Source of the DNA: an uncultured Thermoplasmata archaeon
GTDB lineage: Archaea > Thermoplasmatota > Thermoplasmata > Lutacidiplasmatales > UBA184
Direction of reading: 5' to 3'
Length of the DNA: 64,000 nucleotides
Assembly (NCBI GenBank): GCA_963804505.1
Contig: CAWDQP010000007.1
Location: 132,826 to 196,825, forward strand
Shown: positions 1 to 8,189 of the stretch, piece by piece
Position numbering within the stretch: position 1 is the first letter of the stretch
How the letters are laid out: each line of letters begins with the position of its first letter
The notes under the pieces: model-generated
The model's input: only the letters and a program-made list of their open reading frames with translations
What the model was told of the DNA's origin: nothing
Databases searched by the model: none
Translations under genes and position numbers: made by a program

Positions 1-1
1 C

Positions 2-460
2 GAGCGGTACGTCTCGGTCACGGGTCTCGATGGCTTCCAGGAAGCGTACCCCCGAGAGCTCTCGGGCGGGATGCGCCAGCGGGTCGGGCTCGCCCGGGCG
101 CTGGCAGTCGAGCCCGAGGTCCTCCTCATGGACGAGCCGTTCAGTGCCCTGGACGCCCTGACAGCGGAGAGCCTTCGGGAGGAGATCCTCCAGCTCTGGC
201 GCGACCCGCAGCTTCCTCCCGACGCGGTCCTCCTCGTCACGCACAACATCGAGGAGGCGATCCAGCTTGCGGACCGGATCGTCGTGCTCTCGCGCCGGCC
301 GGGCCGCGTGCTCGCCGTGGTCCCGGTCGATCTCCCGCGTCCGCGCGACCGGAAATCCCAGGCGTTCTACGACCTCACCGACAAGGTCTATTCGCTCATC
401 ACGCAGCCCGGAACGCTCCCGAACGGAGGAGCCGTCCCGGAGGGGTCCGCGGCGGTTTGA
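2..460 (+). CDS. ABC transporter ATP-binding protein, C-terminal part (NitT/TauT/SsuB-like); 5' end outside window
   Basis: Frame of ORF 71..460 stays open to the window edge. Signature LSGGMRQRVGLARAL, Walker B LLMDEPFSALD, H-loop VTHN. Confidence 0.9.
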   Translation, partial: ERYVSVTGLDGFQEAYPRELSGGMRQRVGLARALAVEPEVLLMDEPFSALDALTAESLREEILQLWRDPQLPPDAVLLVTHNIEEAIQLADRIVVLSRRPGRVLAVVPVDLPRPRDRKSQAFYDLTDKVYSLITQPGTLPNGGAVPEGSAAV

Positions 461-514
461 CAAACCTTATAGTGGAGCGTTTGTGAGAAGGAGGGTATCC
501 CCGTAGGGACCGCC

Positions 515-1121
515 GTGCCGACCAGTTATCCCAAGTGCAACCCGACCGAGATGTTCGGTCTTCTGGTGCTCCTCGACTCGCACAAGGGCTCGGAGGACGT
601 CGCGCTCCTCGCGCGCGATCTCGACCTTGAGATCGACGAGATCTTCCCGGCTCTCGAGTACTCCGAGGTCCTGGGCCTCGTCAAGGTCGTGGACGGACGG
701 GCGACCTTCACCGACATGGGACGGAAGTTCGTGGCGGCGTCCATCCGTGAGCGGAAGGCGCTCCTGCGCGAGCAACTGAAGCAGACGACGCTGTTCAAGA
801 CCCTCCTGCGGGCGCTCGAGAACTCCCCGAACCACCGCCTCACGGACGAGGAGCTCTCCCAGATCTTCTCCTTCACCACCGCCCGCGCGGACGACGCCGT
901 CCAGAACATCGTCAACTGGGGGCGGTACGCCGGACCTTTTCCGGTACGATTCGGAGGCGCACAGCCTGATCCTCCCCCGGCGAGCGGCGTCCTCGAAGGG
1001 CGGCGGCGGACAGTCTCCTCCGCCCGCGGTCCCGTCGCCGCCTGCCCCGAGCGCGAAGAAGAGCTCCGCCCCGCTCCCGGCCGAGTCGGGGCGCCCCGGA
1101 ACCGTCCCGGCGGCCGCGTAG
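515..1121 (+). CDS. AAA-associated domain protein (partner module of NitT/TauT-type ABC ATPases), apparent frameshift
   Basis: ORF 515..1171 is conserved through NIVNWGRYAG. The expected LFRYDSEAHSLIL continues in the +1 frame, implying a 1-nt indel near 937. The 3' end is uncertain. Confidence 0.6.
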
Positions 1122-1206
1122 GCGTGGAACGCCCCCGCCACCTGCTGGCGCCGCCGTCGCTCGGAACTTAAGCACGAGAACCGAATGTCCACGGACGAGG
1201 CCCTGG

Positions 1207-1768
1207 ATGTCGGACCTGACCCTGATCGGGATCCCTGGTAGCCTTCGTCGGAACGCCTACAGCTCGGGGCTCCTCAAGGCGGCCCAGGAGCTCGTGCCGT
1301 CGGGGACTCGCTTTGAGATCGGCGAGATCGCCGGATTTCCCGTGTTCAACCAGGACGAGGACGCGAACCCGCCCGAGCCGGTGCGCCGCCTAAAGGAGCG
1401 GGTGAAAGCGGCGGACGCGGTCGTCTTCTCGGTCAACGAGCACAACTACGGGCTCTCGGCGGCGGAGAAGAACGTGCTCGACTGGTTGTCGCGCCCGTAC
1501 AACGACAGTGCCTGGAACGGAAAGCCGGCCGGGATCCTGAGCGCTTCCGTCGGCCAGCTCGGCGGCGCCCGCGCCCAGTACCGAGCTGCGACAGTCGATG
1601 GTGTTCCTGAACATGTTCCCCATCAACCGCCCCGAAGTGTTCGTGACGTTCGCGGAGAAGAAGTTCGACTCCGAAGGACGTTTGGTCGACGAGGCGACGC
1701 GCAAGTTCATCGCCGCGCACTTCGTGGAGCTCGTTCGGTACACCCGACTCCTGCTGAACCGGCCGTAG
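1207..1768 (+). CDS. NADPH-dependent FMN reductase family oxidoreductase, 1 apparent frameshift
   Basis: ORF 1207..1857 N-terminus IGIPGSLRRNAYS...AADAVVFSVNEHNYG...LDWLSRP. After GGARAQY the conserved ELRQSMVFLNMFPINRPEVFV...LLLNRP* continues in another frame (extra base near 1582), with stop TAG at 1766-1768. Confidence 0.85.
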
Positions 1769-1847
1769 CGTCGGTCCCGGTGCGGTCGGCCGGACGGCGT
1801 CTCCCGCCGAAGGGGTTAAACGAGTTCTTCCATCCCTCGACCCCGGT

Positions 1848-1919
1848 GGGCACGTAGATCAGCGGAAGATCGCTGCTTTCGCAAAGCAGAGGTCGGGGGT
1901 TCAAATCCCCCCGTGTCCA
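1848..1919 (+). tRNA. tRNA-Ala (anticodon CGC)
   Basis: Hand-folded cloverleaf: acceptor GGGCACG/CGTGTCC with the G3:U70 Ala identity pair, D stem GATC/GATC, anticodon stem CTGCT/AGCAG, loop TTCGCAA, T arm GGGGG-TTCAAAT-CCCCC, discriminator A. No encoded CCA. Confidence 0.9.
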
Positions 1920-1923
1920 CTCG
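1908..1923 (+). repeat. Direct repeat copy 1 (attL-like), overlaps the 3' end of tRNA-Ala
   Basis: CCCCCGTGTCCACTCG is exactly repeated at 6926..6941 in the same orientation. Confidence 0.8.
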
Positions 1924-1978
1924 TGTCTAAACCCATTCCGGTGTCGAGCCCCCCGGTGATCGGCCCTTCTTGCGTGAT

Positions 1979-2302
1979 TCATTGGCCGACCCCGCGAAGG
2001 ATCGATCCTGCGGAGTATAACCGAACCCACAGAGGGCGTTCAAATCTCGCTGCCGGAAAGGGGTGGCTTGCCAACTCCAGAGGACCGCTCAGTACCCTCA
2101 GGAGGAGGACCCGGCACTTGGCGCAGCGATTCCCATCCAACCAGACCAATCCCCCCGTGGTGTAGTCTCCGATCTTCTCACCGCCCACAGCGACGACTGA
2201 GCGTGACTTGTGCCACTTGGCCCCTCCGACTAGGGATTCGGCGGCTACGGATCCGGACTCCATCGGCGCGTGGCAACTGGGACAGACCGGTTCCGACGGC
2301 AT
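1979..2302 (-). CDS. Hypothetical zinc-ribbon protein (CxxC...CxxC)
   Basis: ORF 1979..2302: MPSEPVCPSCHAPMESG...GNRCAKCRVLLL. The C-terminal tail composition is odd, so the 3' end is uncertain. Confidence 0.4.
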   Translation of the reverse strand: MPSEPVCPSCHAPMESGSVAAESLVGGAKWHKSRSVVAVGGEKIGDYTTGGLVWLDGNRCAKCRVLLLRVLSGPLELASHPFPAARFERPLWVRLYSAGSILRGVGQ

Positions 2303-2526
2303 TGCACCTGCGTAGGGGATCAGACCTACATCACGAGGCGCCTGGGAGTGGTCTGAATGGTGTGCCTTTAGGAAGGTAATCCACTCGCTGATCGCGGGCA
2401 GGTCATCGACCGCGCGCGTCCTAGGAGACCTTGGTCAAGTCGAATGGGCGCTCCCCCGTAGTGCTCACCCAGAGTGCGTTTGGTTTAGACCAGTGTCGAG
2501 TGATGCGAATCTGAGGGGCGAACCAG

Positions 2527-3183
2527 ATGGACGCGAACCCTACTAGACCGAAAGGGTACAAAGGTCTCCCGATGGAGGGAATGGTGGCCCGGCGGGACGC
2601 AAAGTTGCGTCGCTCCGGCAGCCAGATAGACGACTGGCGGAAGCAGGCGGCCCTACTTACCGCCGCTCTGCCGGATGGAGCCAGCATCCTCGAAGTGGCC
2701 CCGGGTCCAGGATACTTCTCCATCGAGCTAGCCCGACTAGGACGTTTCCAGATTACCGGTCTGGACATCAGCCGAACGTTTGTGCAGATCGAGGAGGAGA
2801 ATGCCCGACAGGCGGGAGCGAGCGTGACATTCCGGCTGGGCGATGCGTCCAGAATGCCCTTTGACGAGGCAATCTTCGATTTGGTGGTTTGTCAGGCCGC
2901 TTTCAAGAACTTCAGTCGGCCGGGCGAGGCAATCCAGGAGATGTATCGAGTCCTCCGTGAGAACGGCACGGCAGTGATTCAGGACATGAGAAGGGATGCG
3001 TCCGACGCATCGATTCACGATGAAGTGGACGCGATGCGCCTCAGTCGACTGGGCTCCTTCATGACGAGGCGGATCCTTGGGCGGCTCCGCCGGCGCGCAT
3101 ACACCATAGAGCAGTTTCGGCAGATGGCTGTCGCCAGCGCCTTCGGCGGATGCGAGATTACGGCTAGTTGGGATCGGTGTTGA
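2527..3183 (+). CDS. Class I SAM-dependent methyltransferase
   Basis: Intact 218-aa ORF with motif I ILEVAPGPGYFSIELA, then GLDIS and a post-I acidic residue, LGDASRMPF, and FDLVVCQAAFKNF. Confidence 0.85.
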   Translation: MDANPTRPKGYKGLPMEGMVARRDAKLRRSGSQIDDWRKQAALLTAALPDGASILEVAPGPGYFSIELARLGRFQITGLDISRTFVQIEEENARQAGASVTFRLGDASRMPFDEAIFDLVVCQAAFKNFSRPGEAIQEMYRVLRENGTAVIQDMRRDASDASIHDEVDAMRLSRLGSFMTRRILGRLRRRAYTIEQFRQMAVASAFGGCEITASWDRC

Positions 3184-3378
3184 AGTGCGGCTGAATAAGG
3201 AAAGCGTGGCGGCCTGATGACCGCCCGGTCGCTCCCCCCTCCCGCGCGCTGATCGTGGTCGCATCATCGGTCGCGCGGATCCCGCTTCAAGGTTGCTGAT
3301 GCGGGAGGTTCGAGCCGGAGGTATGGAGGTGGCTCCAAACACCGAAGACATGAAAACTACGGAGAGCAGGACGGGAAC

Positions 3379-3793
3379 ATGAAAGCTAGGGCCAAGCGAA
3401 GCACCGACTCTTCTTCCAAGCCACTTAAGGCGGGGCCTAAGGAGCTTCCCGATTGGCGTGGCGAGACGCTCGCCCGCCTTCGCCGGCTCATCCAAGAGGC
3501 CGACCCCAAAGTCGTCGAGGAGCGGAAATGGAAGAAGCCATCGAATCCCGCCGGCATTCCGGGTATGGTACCACAACGGGATCATTTGCACCGGCGAGAC
3601 GTACAAGGACCACCTGAGGCTAACCTTCGCAGATGGAGCTGCTGTCGAAGACCCGAAGAGCCTCTTCAACGCCAACCTTCAGGGCGTCACGCGAGCCATC
3701 GTCATCCATGAGGGAGACGAGATTGACGAGCCAGCCTTCAAGTCCCTTATCCGGGCAGCGGCGGCCTTGAACGCCTCCTCGGCCGCCGGATGA
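3379..3793 (+). CDS. DUF1801 (YdhG-like) domain protein, 1 apparent frameshift
   Basis: ORF 3379..3711 (LPDWRGETLARLRRLIQEADPKVVEERKWKKPSNPAGIP) joins ORF 3458..3793 (VWYHNGIICTGETYKDHLRLTFADG...) by a 1-nt change in the GGG run near 3560. Confidence 0.75.
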
Positions 3794-4059
3794 CTCCGAT
3801 TCTCTGCCCGACACAGGACCGAGGTTGGCCGGCTCACGAGGCATAGTCGGGGTCGAGTCACTGGTTCCGCCCCAGCCGGAGGATTCTGTCACGCCAGCTC
3901 ATCCTTTGGCAGGCGAACCTGAGTCTCGCCCGAAAAGGGTGGGTTTCAAAAGGGAGTCGAGGGACCGGTTCCAATTCGCGGATTCCGTCCCGGGCCAATC
4001 GGGGAGGTCGGCCTGCTCACCCCCCCCGCGAACCCGTAACGTAACCGCACTTTCGGAAG

Positions 4060-4067
4060 TTTTATTA
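4060..4067 (+). promoter_or_regulatory. TATA-box-like element upstream of the small peptide ORF
   Basis: TTTTATTA lies in the most AT-rich spot of the window and ends 22 nt before the ATG at 4090. This is archaeal spacing for a leaderless or very short-leader mRNA. Confidence 0.45.
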
Positions 4068-4089
4068 GGGGTAAAGAACTGTGGGATTC

Positions 4090-4206
4090 ATGGACCAAAA
4101 CGAGGGCCCGAAACCCTTCGTAATGACCTGGGCCACGCCGCTCGAGTTCACGGGGGGGAAGATCTTCCGGATCACCTCCGCGACCGAGCCCAGCGGCCCC
4201 GACTGA
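4090..4206 (+). CDS. Candidate RiPP (graspetide-type) precursor peptide, 38 aa
   Basis: Not in the supplied track (below length cutoff). ATG...TGA translates to MDQNEGPKPFVMTWATPLEFTGGKIFRITSATEPSGPD. 35 of 38 third codon positions are G/C, like the real genes here. It has its own TATA-like box and a downstream hairpin+T4, and sits 76 nt upstream of the ATP-grasp ligase on the same strand. Confidence 0.5.
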   Translation: MDQNEGPKPFVMTWATPLEFTGGKIFRITSATEPSGPD

Positions 4207-4224
4207 AGGAAACGGCCATCCCAC

Positions 4225-4255
4225 GGGCGGCCGCACACCGGCCGCCCAACCTTTT
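4225..4255 (+). terminator. Perfect 9-bp hairpin followed by a T4 tract (possible terminator/attenuator between peptide ORF and ligase)
   Basis: GGGCGGCCG-CACAC-CGGCCGCCC (4225-4247), then AAC-CTTTT (T run 4252-4255). Confidence 0.4.
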
Positions 4256-4282
4256 CATCCGGGGGGGCGTGGCTCGCGGACC

Positions 4283-5356
4283 ATGAAGCCCGTGGTCGTC
4301 CTGATCAGCGACGGGTCGGAGGAACACTGCCTCCGCGTAGGACGCGAACTCCGCCGACGGGGGGTCGAGCCGTTCGAACTCGACCAGCAGAACCTCTCGG
4401 CGACCTCGGTAAGGCTAACCCTGGGGGGACCGAGCTCCTGCGAGGGATCGCTCGAGTCGGCTGAAGGCCGGTCCATTCGAATCAAGGAGATCACCGCCGT
4501 AGCCTACTGGCCAACGTGGATCCAGGCCAACGTGCCCGGCATGAGCGCCGAGGCGCGCCTACTGGTGGAGGACGAATGGTATGCCTTCCTTGCCAACCTC
4601 GCCTTCCTGACCCCCCAGGCCCGCTGGGTGAACCCATGGTGGGTGCGAACGGCGGGGCATCCGAGACTCCACCAGCTCCGTCTCGCGCAGTCCCTGGGAT
4701 TGGCCATCCCCGAGACCCTGGTGACGAATTCGATCGATGAGGTACGGGAGTTCGTCGGCCGGTTTCCGAGCGGGGCGGCGAACAAGCGCTTGACCAACCT
4801 GCTTCGCCCGCTCCCGGGCCACGTAGTGCCGTCCACCCGTATCCTCACGACCCGAATCGACCCTGTCAAGCTGGCCGAGGCCGACCCGAACTCGGTCCGG
4901 TACGCACCCGTCTACCTTCAGGAATACGTTCCGAAGGACGTAGAGATCCGGGCCTACGTCGCCGGAGATTCCGTGCTCTCCGTGGAGATCCTCTCCCAGG
5001 AGGATCCGCAGACCGCGGACGATTGGCGGAACTATCCGGTGGCCCAGACCGCCGACGGTCCGGACCTCGACATTCGACGATGGAAGTGCCGGATCACGGA
5101 GCTGCCGGCTCACCTCAACCGCGCGATCATCGAGCTCACCCGTCAACTGGGGCTCTATTTCTCCGGGGTCGATCTCATCCGACGCCCGGATGGGAAGTAT
5201 GTCTTCCTGGAGGCGAACTACGGCGGAGCCTGGGCGTGGATCCAAGACATCACGGGCCTACCGGTTCTCGAACGATACACCGACCTCCTGGTCTCCGAAG
5301 GAATCCCGATACTCCGGGCGGAACCGCCCTCGACGGTCACCGACCGGAAACCCTGA
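4283..5356 (+). CDS. ATP-grasp ligase, MvdC/MvdD-like (ATP-grasp peptide maturase candidate)
   Basis: Intact 357-aa ORF. N-terminal pre-ATP-grasp pattern VVVLISDGSEEH...RRGVEPFELDQQNL, then ITAVAYW, HQLRLAQSLGLAIPETLVTN, DDWRNY, and GVDLIRRPDGKYVFLEANYGGAWAW. This resembles microviridin MvdD as I recall it; not HMM-verified. Confidence 0.7.
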   Translation: MKPVVVLISDGSEEHCLRVGRELRRRGVEPFELDQQNLSATSVRLTLGGPSSCEGSLESAEGRSIRIKEITAVAYWPTWIQANVPGMSAEARLLVEDEWYAFLANLAFLTPQARWVNPWWVRTAGHPRLHQLRLAQSLGLAIPETLVTNSIDEVREFVGRFPSGAANKRLTNLLRPLPGHVVPSTRILTTRIDPVKLAEADPNSVRYAPVYLQEYVPKDVEIRAYVAGDSVLSVEILSQEDPQTADDWRNYPVAQTADGPDLDIRRWKCRITELPAHLNRAIIELTRQLGLYFSGVDLIRRPDGKYVFLEANYGGAWAWIQDITGLPVLERYTDLLVSEGIPILRAEPPSTVTDRKP

Positions 5357-5376
5357 ACCGAAGCGGGCTGTGACCG

Positions 5377-6676
5377 ATGGGGTTCGACGGGAAGGACCGT
5401 CCCGCTAGCGCGGCCTGGGGCCGAAACTTCCCGCTCCTCTGTAGTGGCTCGGTCCTCTCGACGGTTGGAAACGCCGCCGGATACCTCGCGGTCCTGTGGA
5501 TCGTCTATGCGCGCACGGGCTCCGCTCTCGCTATTGCCGCGGTGGGGCTGGCCATCTTCGTCCCTACGATTACCTTCGGATTCATCGCCGGAACGCTCGT
5601 CGATCGCTATCGACGGGGTCACGTCACTAGCTCTGTCGTATTTCGGCGCCGCCGGGGTGATGGCGGTGCTACCTCTCCTCGTCGAATCTCGAGCGATCGA
5701 CCTCATCGGGGTCCTGGTCGCGGTCGCCTTCCTCGGGGCCCTCGGGAGCCTCCAGCGCTCCGCCGCCGCCGCGATACTTCCCGACCTGGTGGCGTCTTCG
5801 CGGCTCGCCCCCGCCAACGCCTACCTACAGGCCGGTACGATGATCGCGGTGATGGTGGGAAGTCCCGTGGGCGGCCTTCTCGTATCGGGAGGGTGGCTGA
5901 CGTACGCCTTCGTTCTGGGCGCCGCCGGTTTCGCGTTCGCCGGCACGGCCTCCTTCCTCCTCTCAGAGGGAGCCCGGCCTCGCGCTCCGGCGACCGAGGG
6001 ATCGAAGGAAGCGTCCGGTATACTCGCGGGGTTCTGGGAGGGCGTTCGATTTCTCCAGGATCGAGCGGCCCTCTTCCAGCTCACGATCGGTTCCACCGCT
6101 CTCAATTTCTTCTACAGCCTGTTCGTGATGTTCGGAGTCGTCTACGTGGCTCAGGGCCTCCACGCCTCGGCGACCGACTTCGGAGTCCTGCTTCTCGCGA
6201 ACAGCGCCGGGGTCGCCGCGGGTGGACTCCTCGTGAAGCCGCTGCGAGCGGATCGACGCTTCGCGACGGCGTATGTGGCCGCGGCGGGGGCCGCCGGATT
6301 CTGCGTGATCCTCGTGGCCCTCCTGCTGCGGTTCACCGCCGCGCTTCCTCTGTACGCAGCCATCGGCATCGGCGAGGGCGTCGCCAACACCGTGTTCATG
6401 ACCGGGGTCCAGCGAGCCGTACCGCCCGAGATGCTGGGCCGGTACTACAGCTTCGACGAATCGGTGAGCTTCGCTGCAATCCCGCTTGCCCAGGTGGCCG
6501 GGGGGGTGATCGTCTCGGTGGTCGGAATCACGGACGATTACCTCATTGCGGGGACGGGTACCGTGCTCGTCTGCCTCCTCCTGCTCCTGCTCCCCGGTGT
6601 ACGGGAGTTATCCGCCCACGGGGCGCCTCGAGTCGGCGCCGCGACGGCCGACGCGGGCGCCCGCTCGCGGGAATGA
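5377..6676 (+). CDS. MFS transporter (EntS/MFS_3-like), 1 apparent frameshift
   Basis: ORF 5377.. (NFPLLCSGSVLSTVGNAAGYLAVLWIVY...LVDRYRR) continues in ORF 5444..6676 (multi-TM, ...LLLLLPGVRE) after an indel near the GGGG run at 5615-5620. Starts 20 nt after the ATP-grasp stop. Confidence 0.85.
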
Positions 6677-6925
6677 AGTATGGAATCGTGCGTCCAGCCC
6701 CCCCTCAAGGTTTCTCGTTGATCGCGTGCGGCATCGACTCCTGGAAGGGGCAGGTTCGGTATTCCCAAGCCTCTCTCTCAACTGACCCGACCCTTTTCAA
6801 CGAGGAGGGTTGTCTAACCCCAGGTCTCCCTCCAGGAAATGGTCGCGGGCGTCCGCGTCCGATTCAACGCGGAGCGGCAAACTGAGCCCGGAATAGGAGG
6901 TTCCAAACCCGTTAGGGTTTAGAGA

Positions 6926-6941
6926 CCCCCGTGTCCACTCG
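6926..6941 (+). repeat. Direct repeat copy 2 (attR-like), partial copy of the tRNA-Ala 3' end
   Basis: CCCCCGTGTCCACTCG is identical to 1908..1923. A 6-bp hairpin AAACCC-GTTA-GGGTTT precedes it at 6905-6920. Confidence 0.8.
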
Positions 6942-6994
6942 GACACCCGCCGCGATCAGAGCGTGGGTCGGCCGGTGGGGGCCTCTTCCGCAGC

Positions 6995-7399
6995 TCACTG
7001 GCTGGCGGGCATGATCGTGAGCTGGTGGCCGTCCGGGTCGACGATCCCGGCGAACCATCCCCACGGTCGCTTCGTCGGTGGGGAGGCGAATCTTACCCCG
7101 CGGGCCTTGAGCGCGGCGCAGCCGGCCCGGAAGTCACCGGGAAACTTCAGTTCGATTCCGGCGATCCCCGGTTCCGGGCGCTCCGGTATACCGACCTCCG
7201 AGGTCTCGCAGAGGTGGATGAGCCCGCCTCCGCCCTTGCGTCCTACCGTGACCCAGTGGCCCATGTCCTGCACGAGGTCCAGACCCAGCGTCTCGGTATA
7301 CCACGCGACCGACCGCCGGCGGTCGGCGACCACCAGGGTCGTCGAGAAGAACGCGACCTTCGGGATTCGCGGGGACCTCGGTTTCTTGCTTCGCGGCAT
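6995..7399 (-). CDS. VOC/glyoxalase-family protein with a basic N-terminal tail
   Basis: Intact 134-aa ORF with DRRRSVAWYTETLGLDLV...GIELKFPGD...GWFAGIVDPDGHQLTIM. Paralog of 50076..50486. Confidence 0.85.
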   Translation of the reverse strand: MPRSKKPRSPRIPKVAFFSTTLVVADRRRSVAWYTETLGLDLVQDMGHWVTVGRKGGGGLIHLCETSEVGIPERPEPGIAGIELKFPGDFRAGCAALKARGVRFASPPTKRPWGWFAGIVDPDGHQLTIMPASQ

Positions 7400-7634
7400 G
7401 GGTCCGACCTTGTCGGCCGGACGCGGATAGTGCGCTCGATTTCAAGCATTCCCCCGGATCCGCGGCCACCCGAACCTCAGGGTCGATAGGCCGGTTCGCG
7501 CCACCGCCCTCCGCACGGCCGTGCCCGTACGGGGGCCGACGCGTGAATCACGGGCCACCGGACGGTGGTCCGGTCGTCTGGTGGACAGGGCTTCGGCCTC
7601 AGCTTATCTCTCGGCGGGTCCATCCGAGAAGAGT

Positions 7635-7811
7635 ATGCCGAAGGTGGAGATCCTGTCGACGGAGAACGGCCCCAACCTCGTGATGGTGGACGGAAAGGTG
7701 TTCACGGCCCTTTGCCGCTGCGGCCACTCCCAGAAGAAACCGTTCTGCGACGGCTCCCACCGCGCCGCAGAGTTCCGCGGCCCGAAGGAAACCACCAAGA
7801 TCCTCGACTGA
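7635..7811 (+). CDS. CDGSH iron-sulfur domain protein
   Basis: Internal ATG of ORF 7521..7811: MPKVEILSTENGPNLVMVDGK...CRCGHSQKKPFCDGSHR. Confidence 0.85.
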   Translation: MPKVEILSTENGPNLVMVDGKVFTALCRCGHSQKKPFCDGSHRAAEFRGPKETTKILD

Positions 7812-7982
7812 CGCGCCGGTCCTTCGGCCCGGCCCCACTCCTCCCTTGCGGAGCGGGCGGGCGGGCCCGGTATCCCCGGAACGAGCGGCTCTCCTCCTCG
7901 AGGAAGCACCCCGAAAGGAGGATAGCGCAGGTTCCCCTTCGGGGGCCGTGCCGTACGTCGAGTACGCGACGAGACCCAGGCG

Positions 7983-8174
7983 GTGTGCCCCCAGTGCGGG
8001 GCGGCGTTCCGCTCCCCGGATATCCTCGAGGAGCACCTCCGCGACTCGCACGGAGGACCCGGTGGTGGAGCCCCGGCGGAGCGACCAAAGCGGGTCACCT
8101 GCTCCGTCTGCGGGGCGCACCTCTCCTCGATTTCGGCGTTGCAACGGCACAACCGCGAAGCCCACATGGCGTGA
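7983..8174 (+). CDS. C2H2 zinc-finger protein (two fingers)
   Basis: 63-aa ORF: CPQCGAAFRSPDILEEHLRDSH and CSVCGAHLSSISALQRHNREAH. Confidence 0.75.
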   Translation: MCPQCGAAFRSPDILEEHLRDSHGGPGGGAPAERPKRVTCSVCGAHLSSISALQRHNREAHMA

Positions 8175-8189
8175 GCCCGGCTCGGGGCG

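Larger units (their letters stand above)
1924..6925. mobile_element. Putative tRNA-Ala-associated integrated element remnant / genomic island (no integrase detected)
   Basis: Starts at the tRNA 3' end and is bounded by a 16-nt exact direct repeat, with weaker similarity extending upstream (about 6912-6925 vs the tRNA T-arm). Visibly lower GC than the flanks, especially 1924-4280. Cargo: Zn-ribbon protein, SAM methyltransferase, DUF1801, small peptide ORF, ATP-grasp ligase, MFS transporter. Confidence 0.45.

Noticed and set aside
2737-3675. 312-aa minus-strand ORF
   Set aside because: It lies antisense to the well-supported methyltransferase and DUF1801 genes. Composition is Arg/Pro/Ser-rich with no motifs. 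This is a typical shadow ORF of a GC-rich sequence.
1920-6925. Integrase, transposase or other mobility gene inside the tRNA-Ala island
   Set aside because: No ORF or frame-hopping reconstruction at either end resembles a tyrosine or serine recombinase. The island is therefore called only a remnant, on repeat and composition evidence.
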